From assembly GCF_009914755.1 (NCBI RefSeq), contig NC_060932.1: DNA of 64,000 nt, one strand, 5' to 3'. The notes under the pieces are model-generated. The model was not told the DNA's origin. It did no database searches and saw only the letters and a program-made list of their open reading frames with translations. The translations under genes were made by a program, and so were the position numbers. Shown piece after piece: positions 12,490-27,642 of the stretch. This DNA comes from the human T2T-CHM13v2.0 reference genome, Homo sapiens. The stretch's first letter is position 1; each line of letters starts with the position of its first letter.

Positions 12490-13433
12490 CTAAAAAGAAA
12501 AGAAGAGTTAGTTTTAAATTCCAAAAGTCAGGCCAATCTGGTTAATGGCATATGAACCAAACTGCTTTTAATTCATTATCATTTATTCACATTCTTTGCA
12601 CTTTATTGAAAAATGTATCTTAAATCCTGTTAAAAATGTATAGTACATGGAAAAATGAAAAGTACACAAATTAATATCCCTAGATTTATATATTTCCTCC
12701 CGAATCACAGTTATCTAGATTATTCACATTTTTATTTTGATAAATTATTTCAAGTTTACTGTCATTTCTCAAAACTGCTGCTTATTTTCTTTATTTATGT
12801 TCTAAACACACCCATTATCTTCTCTGCAACACAGTTTTCAGAAAAACCTTTTGTGGTGTCTATCTTGTCCTTAACAATTGCTATGGGAGAAATCTTGCCC
12901 CATGAGTGCTTTCCTCAGTCAGAGACCAGGCCACCTGTCCACAGAGAAGGGTGCAAGCCACTGAGCACCCTCAAGCAGAGGCAGAATAAGGAGCCAGGGA
13001 CAATTTCTGAGCTCTTGAATTAGTCTTTATGATGCGATTATTGCTTGTTTTCAATTAAATTCCCAGGTCATGTCCATCCTCAACGACATACAAAGAAAAT
13101 GCAAAATGTATTCTGAAGTATTCAATGTTTGCATCCGTCTGTTGGTGCAGGTTATGAAGACCGATCTCTAGGGATATTAACTAAGAGAGAAAAAGAAGCC
13201 ACAAGTTCTATGCAGAAAATCACCTGCTTCATTTCCCTACAACAGAGGGTCAAGGCTCAATTATACATGGTTACCACTCTCCTAAGACGAATATCTGACA
13301 CTGATGGAATAAACATTACCAACACCTATTATGTATGGTACCAGTCTGAGTTACTGTGGGTATAGACTGACATGATCCCTGTTCCGTAGGAGCACACAAG
13401 TTAGTTGTGGCTGCAGAATATATACCTTTTGTC

Positions 13434-14714
<1,281 letters not shown>

Positions 14715-16636
14715 AGAATATATACCTTTTGTCAAGTTAAGAAATATAAATGTTAAATAAGATCTGCCATAACGTGGTATCAGAGTGACAAATCAACATT
14801 TAAAAACAATATTATATGGTATAAAAAAGTACCACAGAAGGTCAGAAAAGGAAAAGAGTACTATGGATATTTGGTGATTTTTGCCTTAAAAAATGTACAA
14901 TTAAGAAAGACAAAGAAAAAAGTGTGTGTGTGGTTGTAGGGGAGGGCATGACTGCCAAAAAAGAAGTCAGAGATTAGAACCACAGATGATTAGATTCTAA
15001 GATGACCTTCTGGCTACCGTGAAGTGTAATTTATACATGCTGTACGGATTCAGATGAGAAAAGTGCCCAATGGGCTGGACTGTTCACACTCTTGTACTCA
15101 TTATGAGATGGATTGAAAGCACTGAGAACAGCAAATGCTTGGGGAGGTAGGACGGGAGAGGGAGGAAAGGAAGTGCTTGTTTGAATGAGACACAGAAGAT
15201 ATGTGTTGGAGTTATCCAAAGCAGAGATGAAAACCAGCAAAAATAAGATTTACTAGAAGAAAGTCCACTTATGTGCCTAATAGTATTAACAAAAAGAGAT
15301 ATGAGGAAGAAAGACAATGATAGTTGTACAGCCAACTCTTACAGAGACAGATTCAAGCCAAGTTACTGGTTAATTGCTGATAGAGCCTAAAGATCACCTC
15401 TATGAGGCAAAATCAGCTAATTTAAGGGGAGAAAGACCAGAGATAGAACTTCAAGGAGAAGGAAGAAAAATGTGGCGGAAACCACAAAGATAAAAATGCT
15501 AAGAGCTACAGAACTGGCCCATAGGTTCACCACTTAGGCATGAGGACACCAAACTTCAGCAAGAGAAGTTATTGGGTGGGGCGGGAGGGAGTGAGAGAAT
15601 GGGAGGAGGGAGAATGAGAATGTGTAAATAAGGATAGCTCATTGGGTGATAAGCAAATGATATTCAACAAGAGGATGTTTTCTTTCTAGGAGCTTCGCAC
15701 CTAAAGAGAAGAGAAAAACAAGGTAGGGGGAAACTCAAGATCCCAGGGGGAGAGACTAGAGAATGCTTCCATGCTGAGGACAAAGAGGCGGGGAAGAAAG
15801 TGGGGCATTCTTGGAAGAATCAGGGTAGAATGGGATCTAGAGAAGATGGAGAGGCTTTTGCCCTGGATAAGAAAAGGGGCTTCTTTATCAAACTAGACTT
15901 AGGAGGGAGGTATGTTCATCCTGCTAAGTTTTTTGGTAGCAAAGGCAAGAAATGCATGGAGTTTGCTCACCTTGGCCAGTGCTGAGTAGAAGGGTCCTAT
16001 GTCTGGGAAGAATGAGAAAGGAGAATGGCACTTGGCTAGGGGAAAAATATTTGCCTTTAAGAGAAGCACAGGAGTGTCCAGGGTATCCTTGAGGGTTTTA
16101 CAAAAACAAACAAACAAAACTTGCAATAAAGGATTAAATTGCTTAGTTACTGCTGATGGGAGTGTAAATTGTTGAAACCTTTCTGGAATGTATTGTGCAA
16201 CTATGTAATCAAAGCCATATAAAAGTTAATATATGTTGACCTGATAATTCATTTAGAAAAATTTAAGCAAAAATAAAAAATATTTAAGTATAAAGATGTT
16301 CAAAGTATATTTTAAGATTAAAAATTGATAATGTCAGAAGAGGTGAAGTGTGATATGCATGTGATAGAACAGCTATGCAGCCATTAAAAACCATGCAGTT
16401 AAAGAATATTAAATCCTATGGGAAAGAGCAGTTAAAGAATACTAAGTTATGTGGGGAAAGTTACAATGTTAAAATTGTAAAAAGCAGGACATACAGTAAG
16501 CATTTACACTATTATTCCAATTTTTTAAAAGTATGCACTTAAAACTAGCTCTCCTTCTCCCAATACTGTTAAATGTACCTAGGTAAATTACAAACAGAAG
16601 ATTAGGAAGATATAAGCTTTATACTTTTCTACATTA

Positions 16637-16696
16637 TACAAATGTCTTTATAATCTTTACAATGTCTTTACAATCTTTACAAATGTCTTTATAATC
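16637..16696 (+). repeat. Short tandem repeat, period ~20-21 bp
   Basis: aatgtcttta(t/c)aatc recurs three times. Confidence 0.75.
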
Positions 16697-16704
16697 AGAA
16701 AAAA

Positions 16705-18380
16705 TTATTTCACCAAAAATAATGTTTTTTTAACAAATGCTGCTGGAAAAGTTTGATATCTACACATCAAGAAAATGAAATTGGAATCACATCTCACACC
16801 ATATAGAAAACTTAACTCTAAATGGATCATGAACCTAAATATAAAACCTAAAACTATAAAACTTCTGGAAGAAAGCAGAAAAATTTCTGTGGCATTCATT
16901 TAGTCAAAAAGTCCTTGGTCACAACACCAAAAGCACAACCCATAAAATAAACACACTGATAAGTCGGATTTCATCAAAATGTAAAACTTCCCCTCAAAAG
17001 ACAATGTTAAGAGAATAAAAAGGACAAGCCATTAGAAGATTAGAACAACATCTCTGCAAAGCAGAGATCAACTGTAAGTTGATAAATTACTTGCATCCAG
17101 AATATATAAAGAACTTCTAAAACTCAACAATAAAAAACAACTCAATTAACAAATGAGCAAAAGATCTGATCAGACATTTCACCAATGAAAATATATGAAT
17201 GGTAAAAGAGCACACGAAAAGATCACTGATCATTAGGGAAATGCAAATTAATACCACAGTGAGATAGTGCTATCTACCCATTAGAATGACCAAAATTAAA
17301 AACACTGGACAGTATCAAGAGCTGCTGAGAATGTGAAACAAATAGAATTCCTATCTACCATGGACAGGAAGGTAAAAATGGTACAATTGTTTTGAAAAAC
17401 AGTTTGGCAATTTATTTAAAAGTTGAACATGTGTCTACCATACGACACAGCATTTCACATCTAGCTATTTACCAAGAGATCTGAAAACATAGGTCTTCAC
17501 AAAGACTTGTTCATGACTATTCATAGTAGCTTTGTTTATAATAGTCAAAACTAGATGCAACCCAAAGGTCTATCCTTGTGTGAATGGATAAAATCAGGTT
17601 TTAGCCGGGCACGGTAGCTCATGTCTGTAATCCCAGCACTCTGGGAGGCCAAGGTGAGTGAGTGGCCAAGGTGAATGGATCATTTGAGGTCAGGAGTTCG
17701 AGTCCAGCCTGGGCAACATGGTGAAACCCCATCCCTACTGAAAATACAAAAATTAGCCGGTTGTGGTGGCAGGCGCCTGTAATCTCAGCTACTCCAGAGG
17801 CTGAGGCAAGAGAATCACTTGAACCTGGGAGGCTTGAACCTGGGATGCTTGAACCTGAGAGTCGGAGGTTGCAGTGGGCCAAGATCATGCCACTGCACTC
17901 CAGTCTGGGTGACAGAGTATGACTGTGTCTCAGAAAAACAAAAACAAAAACCCCAAAACAAATGAACAAGTTGTAGTATATTCCTATAATGGGCTACTAA
18001 TCAGCAGCAAAAAGGAATAAGCTATTGATACATACAGTAACATGGATGAACCTCAAAATAAGCAGGCTGAATGAAAGAAGTTGGGCAAAACAAAGAGTAC
18101 ATACTGCACGATTCCATCTATACAAATGTCTAGGAAATGCAAGCTTATCCATAGAGGACAGGAAGCAGATCAGAGGTTGTCTAGGGACAGAAGGTAGGAT
18201 AGGGAGGGATCCATCACAAAAGGCCATGAGCAAACTTTTAGAAATGACGGATATGCTCACTATGTTGACAATGGTGATGGTTTCAGGGACGTATGCATAT
18301 ATATGTGAAAACTGCAAGCACCCTTCACATATGGGCAGTTTATACAATATCAATTATACCCCCCAAAACTGTTAAAAAAC
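16705..18380 (+). mobile_element. Old L1M fragment (ORF2 3' end and 3'UTR) interrupted by an Alu
   Basis: Degenerate L1 motifs such as ctcaacaataaaaaacaactcaatt, cattagggaaatgcaaatt and catggatgaacctcaaaa. Confidence 0.85.
17604..17960 (+). mobile_element. Alu (AluS-like) with internal duplications
   Basis: gccgggcacggtagctcatgtctgtaatcccagc... with an A-rich tail. Confidence 0.95.
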
Positions 18381-19349
18381 AATAAAATGGCAGAGTTTTT
18401 GTATTATAAAAAACAAAATGATGAGAAACTCATCATCACATAAATTTACAGAAGTACGAAAATAAAACTTTCTGCAAACTGATAAACTAAAATCCTTTAA
18501 GTGCAATGACTCAAAATGACTAAAATCTCTCCTTCCCATTCAGAGGGAGGGAAAAAAGAGGAAAGGAATATTGGCTTAAATGTGAGTTGCACTCAGACCT
18601 TACTAGAAAAGGATATATATCTAGGCAGGTTTTAGAGCCACATTCTCAGCTGTCAAACTTGGAGGAAGCCAGTTCGGTTCACCTGTTGCTTTATGGGCTG
18701 GCATATCACACTACATGATTTAAAGTCTCCAAGAATACATCTAACTGGAACTGAGACCTACGGATGATAAATAGTTCTGGGATACGTTCCATTTATCAAA
18801 TACCAAAGGAAGTACCCCCTGAAGTGTTTCAATTCAGCCTCTGCATAGCCTTTTAAAAAATGTTCATTAGCAGTTGCTTTAAAAGAAAGAAGTGCCATGC
18901 TAATTGATAGGCTTGCCTTTGATTAATTCAATAAAACAAATGAAGTAACACAGAAGCCAAGGTAACAAAAGAACAAGTATTAGCCAGGCATGGGCAGGTA
19001 CTCCAGGTAGAGGGAGTCACAAACTGTATGGTGGGTCTAGGTAACTTCAGGGGATTCACTGTTTTTGGAGCTAAGAGCAAGAGAGGCAGACTGGAGCTCT
19101 GCAGGAGACAAGAAGGGTGAAGGAGCCATGGACGTGTCATGTCAGAAGGGGCTTAAACTTTAAAAATTATTTGTATAATTGACAAATTATCTTAAGTGTA
19201 GGTGCCTATACAACTTGCTTCCCCAACTCCTATACCCAATGCCATTTTTAGATTCTTCAGAAAGCAACCAATCTTTGTGTGCCTTTGTTGGTCTCCGAAA
19301 CAATTAAGTGGTCATTCTCCTTTCAGTTTCTAATTAGGTTATTTTATTC

Positions 19350-19657
19350 ATTTTTATTTATTTTTATTTTTTTTGAGATGGGATCTCACTCTGTCATCCA
19401 GGCTGGAGTGCAGTGGTGCAATCTTGGCTCACTGCAACCTCCGCCTCCTGGGCTCAAGTGATCCTCCTACCTCAGCCTCCTGAGTAGGTAGGACCACAGG
19501 TGCATGTCACCACGCCCAACTAATTTTTTGTATTTTTGGTAGAGACGGGGTTTTGCCATGTTGCCCAGGCTGGTCTTGAACTCCTGACCACAACTGATCT
19601 GCCAGCCTTGGCCTCCTAAAGTGTTGGGATTATAGGCGTGAGCCACCATGTCCAGCT
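19350..19657 (-). mobile_element. Alu
   Basis: Antisense Alu body with T-rich tail. Confidence 0.95.
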
Positions 19658-19709
19658 GGTTAGCATTAAAAAAAAAAAAAAGTGACCTTCTTAAATTACT
19701 ATTATTACA

Positions 19710-19998
<289 letters not shown>

Positions 19999-20389
19999 TG
20001 ACCTTCCTAAACTATAAACTCACTTAAGCCTTTGCAGTGTTTGCTGACAGTTAATTAACAAAATGGGGTTAAAACCCATCAATGCAAAGTCCCAGCCTCC
20101 TCCTTCTTGAAGCTTCAGCACCAGGATCTGGGGTGGCCCCTACACTGCATGATGATACACTCCTCAGTTTGCCCCCATTCCCCTGGTCTCCTTCCCTACT
20201 GCGATACACAGATGTGTTACAGAGAGAAGGTCTTTCCATCATCTCAGGCAGTATAGTTCTGGAAATCACCTTTGCAATGCTACTTTAAAACTCTGACTTG
20301 GAGAGGGCCCGAAAACATGAATCCTTGCCCTGATTCAGAACCTAAAGCAGTGCAAGGGAATAGCAGCAGAGAGACAAAGGCAAGAATCA

Positions 20390-20570
20390 GAACTAGGCTT
20401 GAATCCTGTCTGACCTTCACTATCTGTGTAACTACTTTCAATGATGTATTTAGTCTCTCTTCAGCATTTTCCTCTGTAGGATGGGAAAAACATCTACCTT
20501 GCAGTAGTGTGTGAATTAAAGTGATGTATGTAAAGTCTCTAGCATAGTTCTGAGGGCTCAAAATGCAAAG
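20390..20570 (+). mobile_element. MIR fragment
   Basis: MIR core-like ttgaatcctg...ctctcttcagcattttcctctgtag...gtgaattaaagtgat...gtaaagt. Confidence 0.55.
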
Positions 20571-21989
20571 CTATTATATTCAGAGTGTTACTCAGAAGTA
20601 AGTGCTGCCCTGGCCTGATATGGATTTAAAAAATAAGGGTTTGTTTTTTTTGGGCACAGGCTCTTATACGGAATCACAGTCAATGGAATCTTTGAAGGAC
20701 AAACAATGGGAATAGTTCCTGAGAACAAGGCTCATATATGAGATTTGTATTAAAAGTGATATTTGGTGAAGTAGCATACTTCTGATCTTACTCATCTCTG
20801 TGGCATAGGCAGGGTGTACCTTAAATTTTATGGTGGCCATGGTCATACATAAACCCAAATCACAGCTAAAGTAAAACTGATCCACCGGAAGCCAGCAGTC
20901 AGTTTGCATGTTAAATTGAAAAGTAACTTGGGTAATATGTAATTATTGACTATCCAGCAATGGACTGACCCCTGTTTATGGCTTAACTTTGGTTGGTAAA
21001 AGATGATAATGCACCTATGAAAATATTATAATAGCTAAAAATCAGAGAAAATAGCTACATGTCAGAAAAAAATCTACTCGACTGAAGCACATAGGAGCCA
21101 AGATTCCACACTGTGAGTTCTACAACACAGGATGCCTCTTTCACATAGCCTTTCAAATTAAACCCCTTCTCTCGTCCTCCTGAAATGAAGGCAAGTTTGG
21201 CAAGAGGTTGCGTGGAACTGAATCCCATCTTGCAGAGCCATTTGGTATGCGGGGAAGATGCAGGGAGGGGACAGGGATCTGATACGGGAAAAAAAATGAA
21301 TACTCAACTAAGATTCATACCGCAAAGGAGGCTGCTCTAACAGATAGTAACTTCTTAGTCTTAAAACAAGCAATGTGTGATAGCTGATGCTTCTAAATTA
21401 TTACGTGTATATTTTTCTTACACTCTTGTTTACCCCTTGAAGAAATGTTTCTAAACACTACATGCAACTTTAAGTAAACTTACATTAGGTCCACCTTATA
21501 AGTCACCTTTAGCACAGACACAGTGTATGTCAAATTTGTCTATAGGCACCTATCACAATGCTGGACTTGTTTGCTTTCTTTTGCTTTAAAAAACTTTACT
21601 GACAATGATCAGAAAGGAATGAATGATACCAAGACCTGAGTATGTACTTTCTCATGTATCCACCTGTGCAACATTAGACATGATTTTTTACCTTTCTTTA
21701 ACTTCCATATCTTCAACTGTAAGAAGAACACAGTCGATTCTTGATTAACTGGGTAACTGGGAAGCAGGGGAGAAGGCCACCAATAATCATGGCTAAAACA
21801 AAATTAGTCACTGTGATTCGCTGACCAGTGGTGCCTTTGCTTGTTGAAATGAAACGTGTGGGGATAATATAAAACTATGGATCAATCCATGCTGGTGCAA
21901 AGGGGAAAAGATGACTCCAGAAGTAACAAAAAACAGCAAGGAAACTCTTGGTTCTGTCTGCAATATCTTCCACTGGGTCCCAGTGAAGG

Positions 21990-23990
21990 CCACAAAATGT
22001 AAGCTCTATCAGAACAGGATCCTGCCTTTTACTGACCAGTTCTGTATGTCTAGTACCTAGAACAGTGGATGCACACAGGGGAAACTCAAGTATGTGCTGA
22101 ATGAATAAAAGGAAGATGAGAGGAAGGGCAGGAGGAGAGCTTTCCATGCTGTTGGCCAAATGAACCCACGGAAGAAAACAGTTGTCCAATCTATTTGCTC
22201 ACCTCTGTGAATAACTGGGAATTGACACAATGCTTTAAATTTGAAAATTCTCTTGGATTTCCCTTGAGTCTCCTGCAATCAAGAAGACATTGTTCTCTTT
22301 CTTGACTTGGCCCACCCTCTACAGATATCAGGACGCTGCAGTCACTGTTGCCATCTTGTGGTCATGTCCAGAAAGTTCGTCTTCCCCAACAGACCAGTAT
22401 AGACCCCCTATCTGCACAGAGCTCCGGGTAAGGGATATAAGAACAAACTTACAGATAAACAAATCCTTATCATTTAATTTAACTATCAAGGTATCATGGT
22501 GAACACAAAGATTAATCAGTCACCAGTTCTACCATCAAGGAGCTTGGGGTCTAGTAAGGAGGTATCCCAAAAGGATACTCATAATTTATAATTATTGATA
22601 ATGCAAAACAGAAGGTAGAAGATGCCACAAGGTAAGTATAGATTAGGTACAGTGGGAATTCACAGAAAGAAAAGATCTTTCCAAGCTTTGGAGATGGGAA
22701 TTTGGGACAAAAGAGCCAACTGAACTGAGATTGGGGTGAGGTAAGATGTGGGCCTGCACAGGTGAGGCTGGAGAGGTGGGGAGTGCGTCCCAGTCGGGGG
22801 AGAAGAAGAAAAGGGCAGACTAGGGTAGAAATGCTTATTCCTCCTGTGACTGGAGCTGATGGTGTCTTAAGGAAAGTGGTGGGAAGGGAGGCTGCAGAAA
22901 GGCAAGGCTGGAGTCGACTGAAGGCTGAGAGCCACTGCTTTAACAAGTGTAACTGGAGATGGAAGGGCTGCAGGACAGGTCACTCAGCCAGTGGTGTGGA
23001 AGCAATCTCACCTGGTGACAGCAAGTCAAGTGGACTAGCTCTCGGCCTTGGGTAAATGACTTATCTTTCTTCAGTTTCAGTTTCCTCAGCTATGAAGTGA
23101 GATAATGAAGCCCTACAGAGTTGTTGTGAGGAATAAATGATACTGCATGTAAGGCACATAACACAGTGAGTGGCAAAGGATTTGAAGAGCAGGGTAAGGA
23201 CTAGGGGGAAGATGGCATACAGCAGAGACCATGGCACTGCAAGGTGTGGAAAGGGGCACGGAGAGGGGAAAGGAGGGACTATCTGGAGAATGGACAGAGT
23301 GGGGAAGCCAGCAACAGGTCGAAGGTATGCCACTGAGTAGCAGGGAAAGCCAGGATGCTCTAAGGTCACAGAAGCCAAGGGAAGAGAATGTTTCAGGGAG
23401 GTAGAGCCAAGGTAAGGACTAAACCCTACTTCCTCCTGGTTGTGTGACATGCAGGTTTTTAGTAAAATTGAAAAGAACTATTATACTTTGGGGAACCAGA
23501 ATGGAGGCCTGGGGTGAGGAAGGAGTGCTGCATGAGGAACTGGGGGCACTAAGTCCACATTCCTCTTTGGAGAAATGCTATCAGCTGAAGGGGAAGGTAC
23601 AGAGAGGACAGTGAGCTGTCACTGTTTTATTTTTTAAAAGATGGCAGAGATTTGTCATGTTTATAATGCTGACAGGAAGGATCAGGTGGAGAGGGAAAGG
23701 GAGAGAAAGGATAATGAATTAGAGGGGGCAGTACCCAGGGCATAAGAAGAGATAGAGGAGGACAGGGTGTGTGCAGATGCCAAACCAAAGACCATCAAGG
23801 CACAGGGGGAGGACACAGTAATTAATTTTGCTTCATAGAGTAGGTGACACATGAGCAGTTTTCAAGGATGAGTAGGTATTGGTCCAGTGAACTAAAGGGG
23901 TAAGAACATTCCAGCAGAGGAAATAGCACGTGCAAGGGCAGGCATGGGAAATGTGGCTTGACGTGCTGGAGGAACGTGGGAGCCCGGCGC
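21990..23990. mobile_element. Cluster of degraded L2 and MIR fragments
   Basis: L2 3'-end motif tgctgaatgaata (~22095), MIR core tcagtttcctcagctatgaa...gttgttgtgagga (~23075-23135), purine-rich antisense L2-like tracts. Boundaries rough. Confidence 0.5.
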
Positions 23991-26650
23991 TACGGAATTT
24001 AAAGGGAATGGGGGTATGTTCCCATGACAGGGCTGGAGAGTGACCAAGGAGGGCCAAACGACCACAGGCCCTGGACTCATGCCATCACTGCAGGCCTGCT
24101 TTACACGCGCTGCTTTTAGATCACCCAGTAATGTCACTGTCCTGAGTCATCTGGAAAAGGCAGGAGGAGAGGATTCTCCCAGGGCTGGGAGCAGGAAGAT
24201 GAAGTAGAGAGCAGTGGAGAAGCAGAACATTCTAGAGCACTAGCAGGAGCCAGCGGTGGCAGCAGGGAGTATGTGAGACCTGAGCTAGAGAGAAGGAGGC
24301 CCAGAAGCATAAACTGTAGCAGCAGAGACAAAGTCAGCAGGAGCAAGGAAGGAAGTGGAGGCAGAGGACGCGAGCCTGTGGTCAGCAATGGCCATTTTAG
24401 GGTTCAAATTCACAGGGGTGGGGTGTTCCAGACAATGATGCGACTTTACAAGCATTATGCAAATGTGAGGTATTTTTAGTATGCACTGTAATTTCAGAGC
24501 ACTTCGATGATGACTTTTGGAGTTCTAATACTTTAGATTCTCAATTGACATTGCTCAGATAGATAATAACTAAAGGTACCAAAAGAGGTGCCAATTTCAA
24601 TCCTTTTTTTTTTAAAGGCAAATTGTTGGGTAATGTGAATAATTACTCCCTTAATTTATCTGCTTTACAAATTCCATTTAATTCAGAGTTTGGCAGGTGT
24701 GTTTTTCTCCCCACCTTAACAGAACCTGTGGTATTAACATAGGGTGATCTTTCATTTATCTGGCAACATCAATAATCTAAAACACAGGAAAAAAAAAAAA
24801 AAAACCCAGAAAGGAGGAACACAGGTTCTGAACTGCCAAAGTAGACACTACAAATCTACACATATCAAGCATTTCATATTGAGGAATGTACTATGCACCC
24901 TCACTCAGTGTCAATCTTTTAGGCAAAACGATAACAAGTTGGGGTTAACTGGGATTTTTGGTACAGGGAAGATTAGCAGCCCCAGGTATCAAAGGGAAAT
25001 GCAATGACGGCAGGTGGTGATGGCTAAGAATGGAAAACACGAAGGACAAATTAAAACAAAAGAAATCAACAAGTGTAGAGAGAGGGAAGGTTGCTGTAAG
25101 TGGCTGTGGCCCATGGTGGGGAAAGTGAAGGAAATGGGCACTCCTGTGTACTACCAGCGACAGCGACTGTAAGTCTTCCCTGGAGGTCAAAGCTGCCATG
25201 CAATTGCCAAGCCAAAGAAAAGTGGGCACTTATCTTTTCGCCCACTCATTTTACACCTAAGCATTTAACTTAAGAAATAACCTGAGACACCCATAAAGAT
25301 TCATGCATGAGGTCATTCATTACTGCATTATTTAAAGACTGGACTGGAAACTACCTACTCGCCAACAACTAGGGAAGGCTAAATAAACTGTGGTCATTCA
25401 TTCTCAAGTGGTATAGCTTTTGAGGAATACAAAGAAGTAACATACAAGTACATGGGAAACAATCTTTATACAATGTTACATTTTTAAAAAGCAAGATACA
25501 AAACAAAGATCCCAATTCAATTTTTTAAAGTGTTACATAGTTTTATAGAAGAACATTCCAGAAGGAAATATCTGTTAGTTTTTAATGCATTTTTTAAAAT
25601 GATGGGAACACTAATTCTACACCATAACACTACAGCTATGATAAATAGCTATATTCACTATATTGGTAGCAATGTTATCATGATTGCTTATGGCACTTAA
25701 TTCAATATGTATTTCTTCCACATTCAATCTTTCCAGCTTTCCTTTTTAAGAGACTATAACGTGTTTGGAGGCAAAAAGCAGAACCTGAACCTTACAGAGC
25801 GTGTAAAGAATACAACAGGGATGCAATCCGCAGAACTCAGACTTGGGGGAAACACTACAGGACAGACAGACAGACACAAACACAAAAGACAAAAAACCCG
25901 TTTCTTTAACAAATGCGTTTTAAGGAAGAAAAAAAAATGAGTAACTGTGGGTCAAAAAAGACTTTAAGAAATATAACAGCTAACAGCAGGTATGGACCTT
26001 ACTGGATTTGGATCATGGAAATCTTTAAAAACAAAAGATAAGTAGGCAGATTTGAAAACTCACTAGATATTAAGGAATTATTGTTCTTTTGGTGTGTGAT
26101 AATTGTATTGTAATTATACCTTTAAAAAGAGTCTGTACTTTTTGGAAACACCAAGAAATATACAAATGATATGAAATAACTGCATCAAAAGAGTCTGCAG
26201 GAGAGGCAATGGGTATGGGTAGGGGACGAAGGAAACAAGACTGGCTGCTGAGGTGTGGTGACTTGAAACTGGCGATGGGTGTGAGGATTCATTCTATTGT
26301 TCTCTGTACTTCTGTATATCTTTAAAATATTCTACAATAAAAAGTTTTTTGAAAACACCTAAAGGCAGCACTACACTTCACCCTACACAGTAAACCTACA
26401 TGTACATGTACCACAAGCTCTGGGTACATAAAAAAAGCTGGTTGACAATGACAAAGTCAGAAATTATTTATACAGTTTATGATGTTTACATCTTCTCCAA
26501 CCTAAGGAATGCACATGATCATTTTTGTACCCTTGACCCTGCTACAAAGGCCACAGACCAATCAACTGATAATTCTACTCTACTGAGGCTAAACGGTTAT
26601 TTCTAAGCATTCGAGACTGATGTACAAGTGACACAGTAACAAATGTTTAA

Positions 26651-26997
<347 letters not shown>

Positions 26998-27032
26998 TTC
27001 ATTAGGTAAACTATTTTTTAGAAAGAAATATT

Positions 27033-27316
27033 CCTGTAATCTCAGCACTTTGATAAGCTAAGACTGTTGGATCACTTTAGGCTAGCAGTTTGAGACCAGC
27101 CTGGCCAACATAGCGAAACCCCATCTCTACTAAAAAAATACAAAAAATGTGCTGGGTATGGTGGCACATGCCTGTAGTCTCAGCTACTCAGGAGGCTGAG
27201 GCAAGAGAATCACTTGAACCCAGGATGCGGAGGTTGCAGTAAGCTGAGATCATGCAACTGCACTGCAGCCTGGGTGAGAGGGCACAACTCTGTCTCAAAA
27301 AAAAAAAAAAAAAAAA
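27033..27316 (+). mobile_element. Alu, slightly 5'-truncated
   Basis: cctgtaatctcagcactttg... with poly-A; aaagaaatatt on both flanks. Confidence 0.93.
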
Positions 27317-27556
27317 GGAAAAAGAAATATTGCAGTTAGGCTATCAAGTAACTATTCAGCATATGATGACTAGTTATTTTTTAACTAATAAAGGTGGAGA
27401 ATAAATGAGCGTAGCAAGATCAAGGAGCTGTGTCAGGCTGAGGTGGCAGAAAATGGTGGCTCATGCATGCAGTGGGTGCACTACAGTGGGAGAGACTTCG
27501 GTCATGGAGCAGGCAGGTGGAGGAACCGGAAGAGCATCTGCTGGACTCAGCACTGG

Positions 27557-27642
27557 GTGTGTGTGTGTGTGTGTGAATGTATGTGTGTTTGTGTGTGTGT
27601 GGCGTGTGTGTGTTTGTGTGTGTGTGGCATGTGTGTATGTGG
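27557..27642 (+). repeat. Imperfect (TG)n microsatellite
   Basis: Seen directly. Confidence 0.9.
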
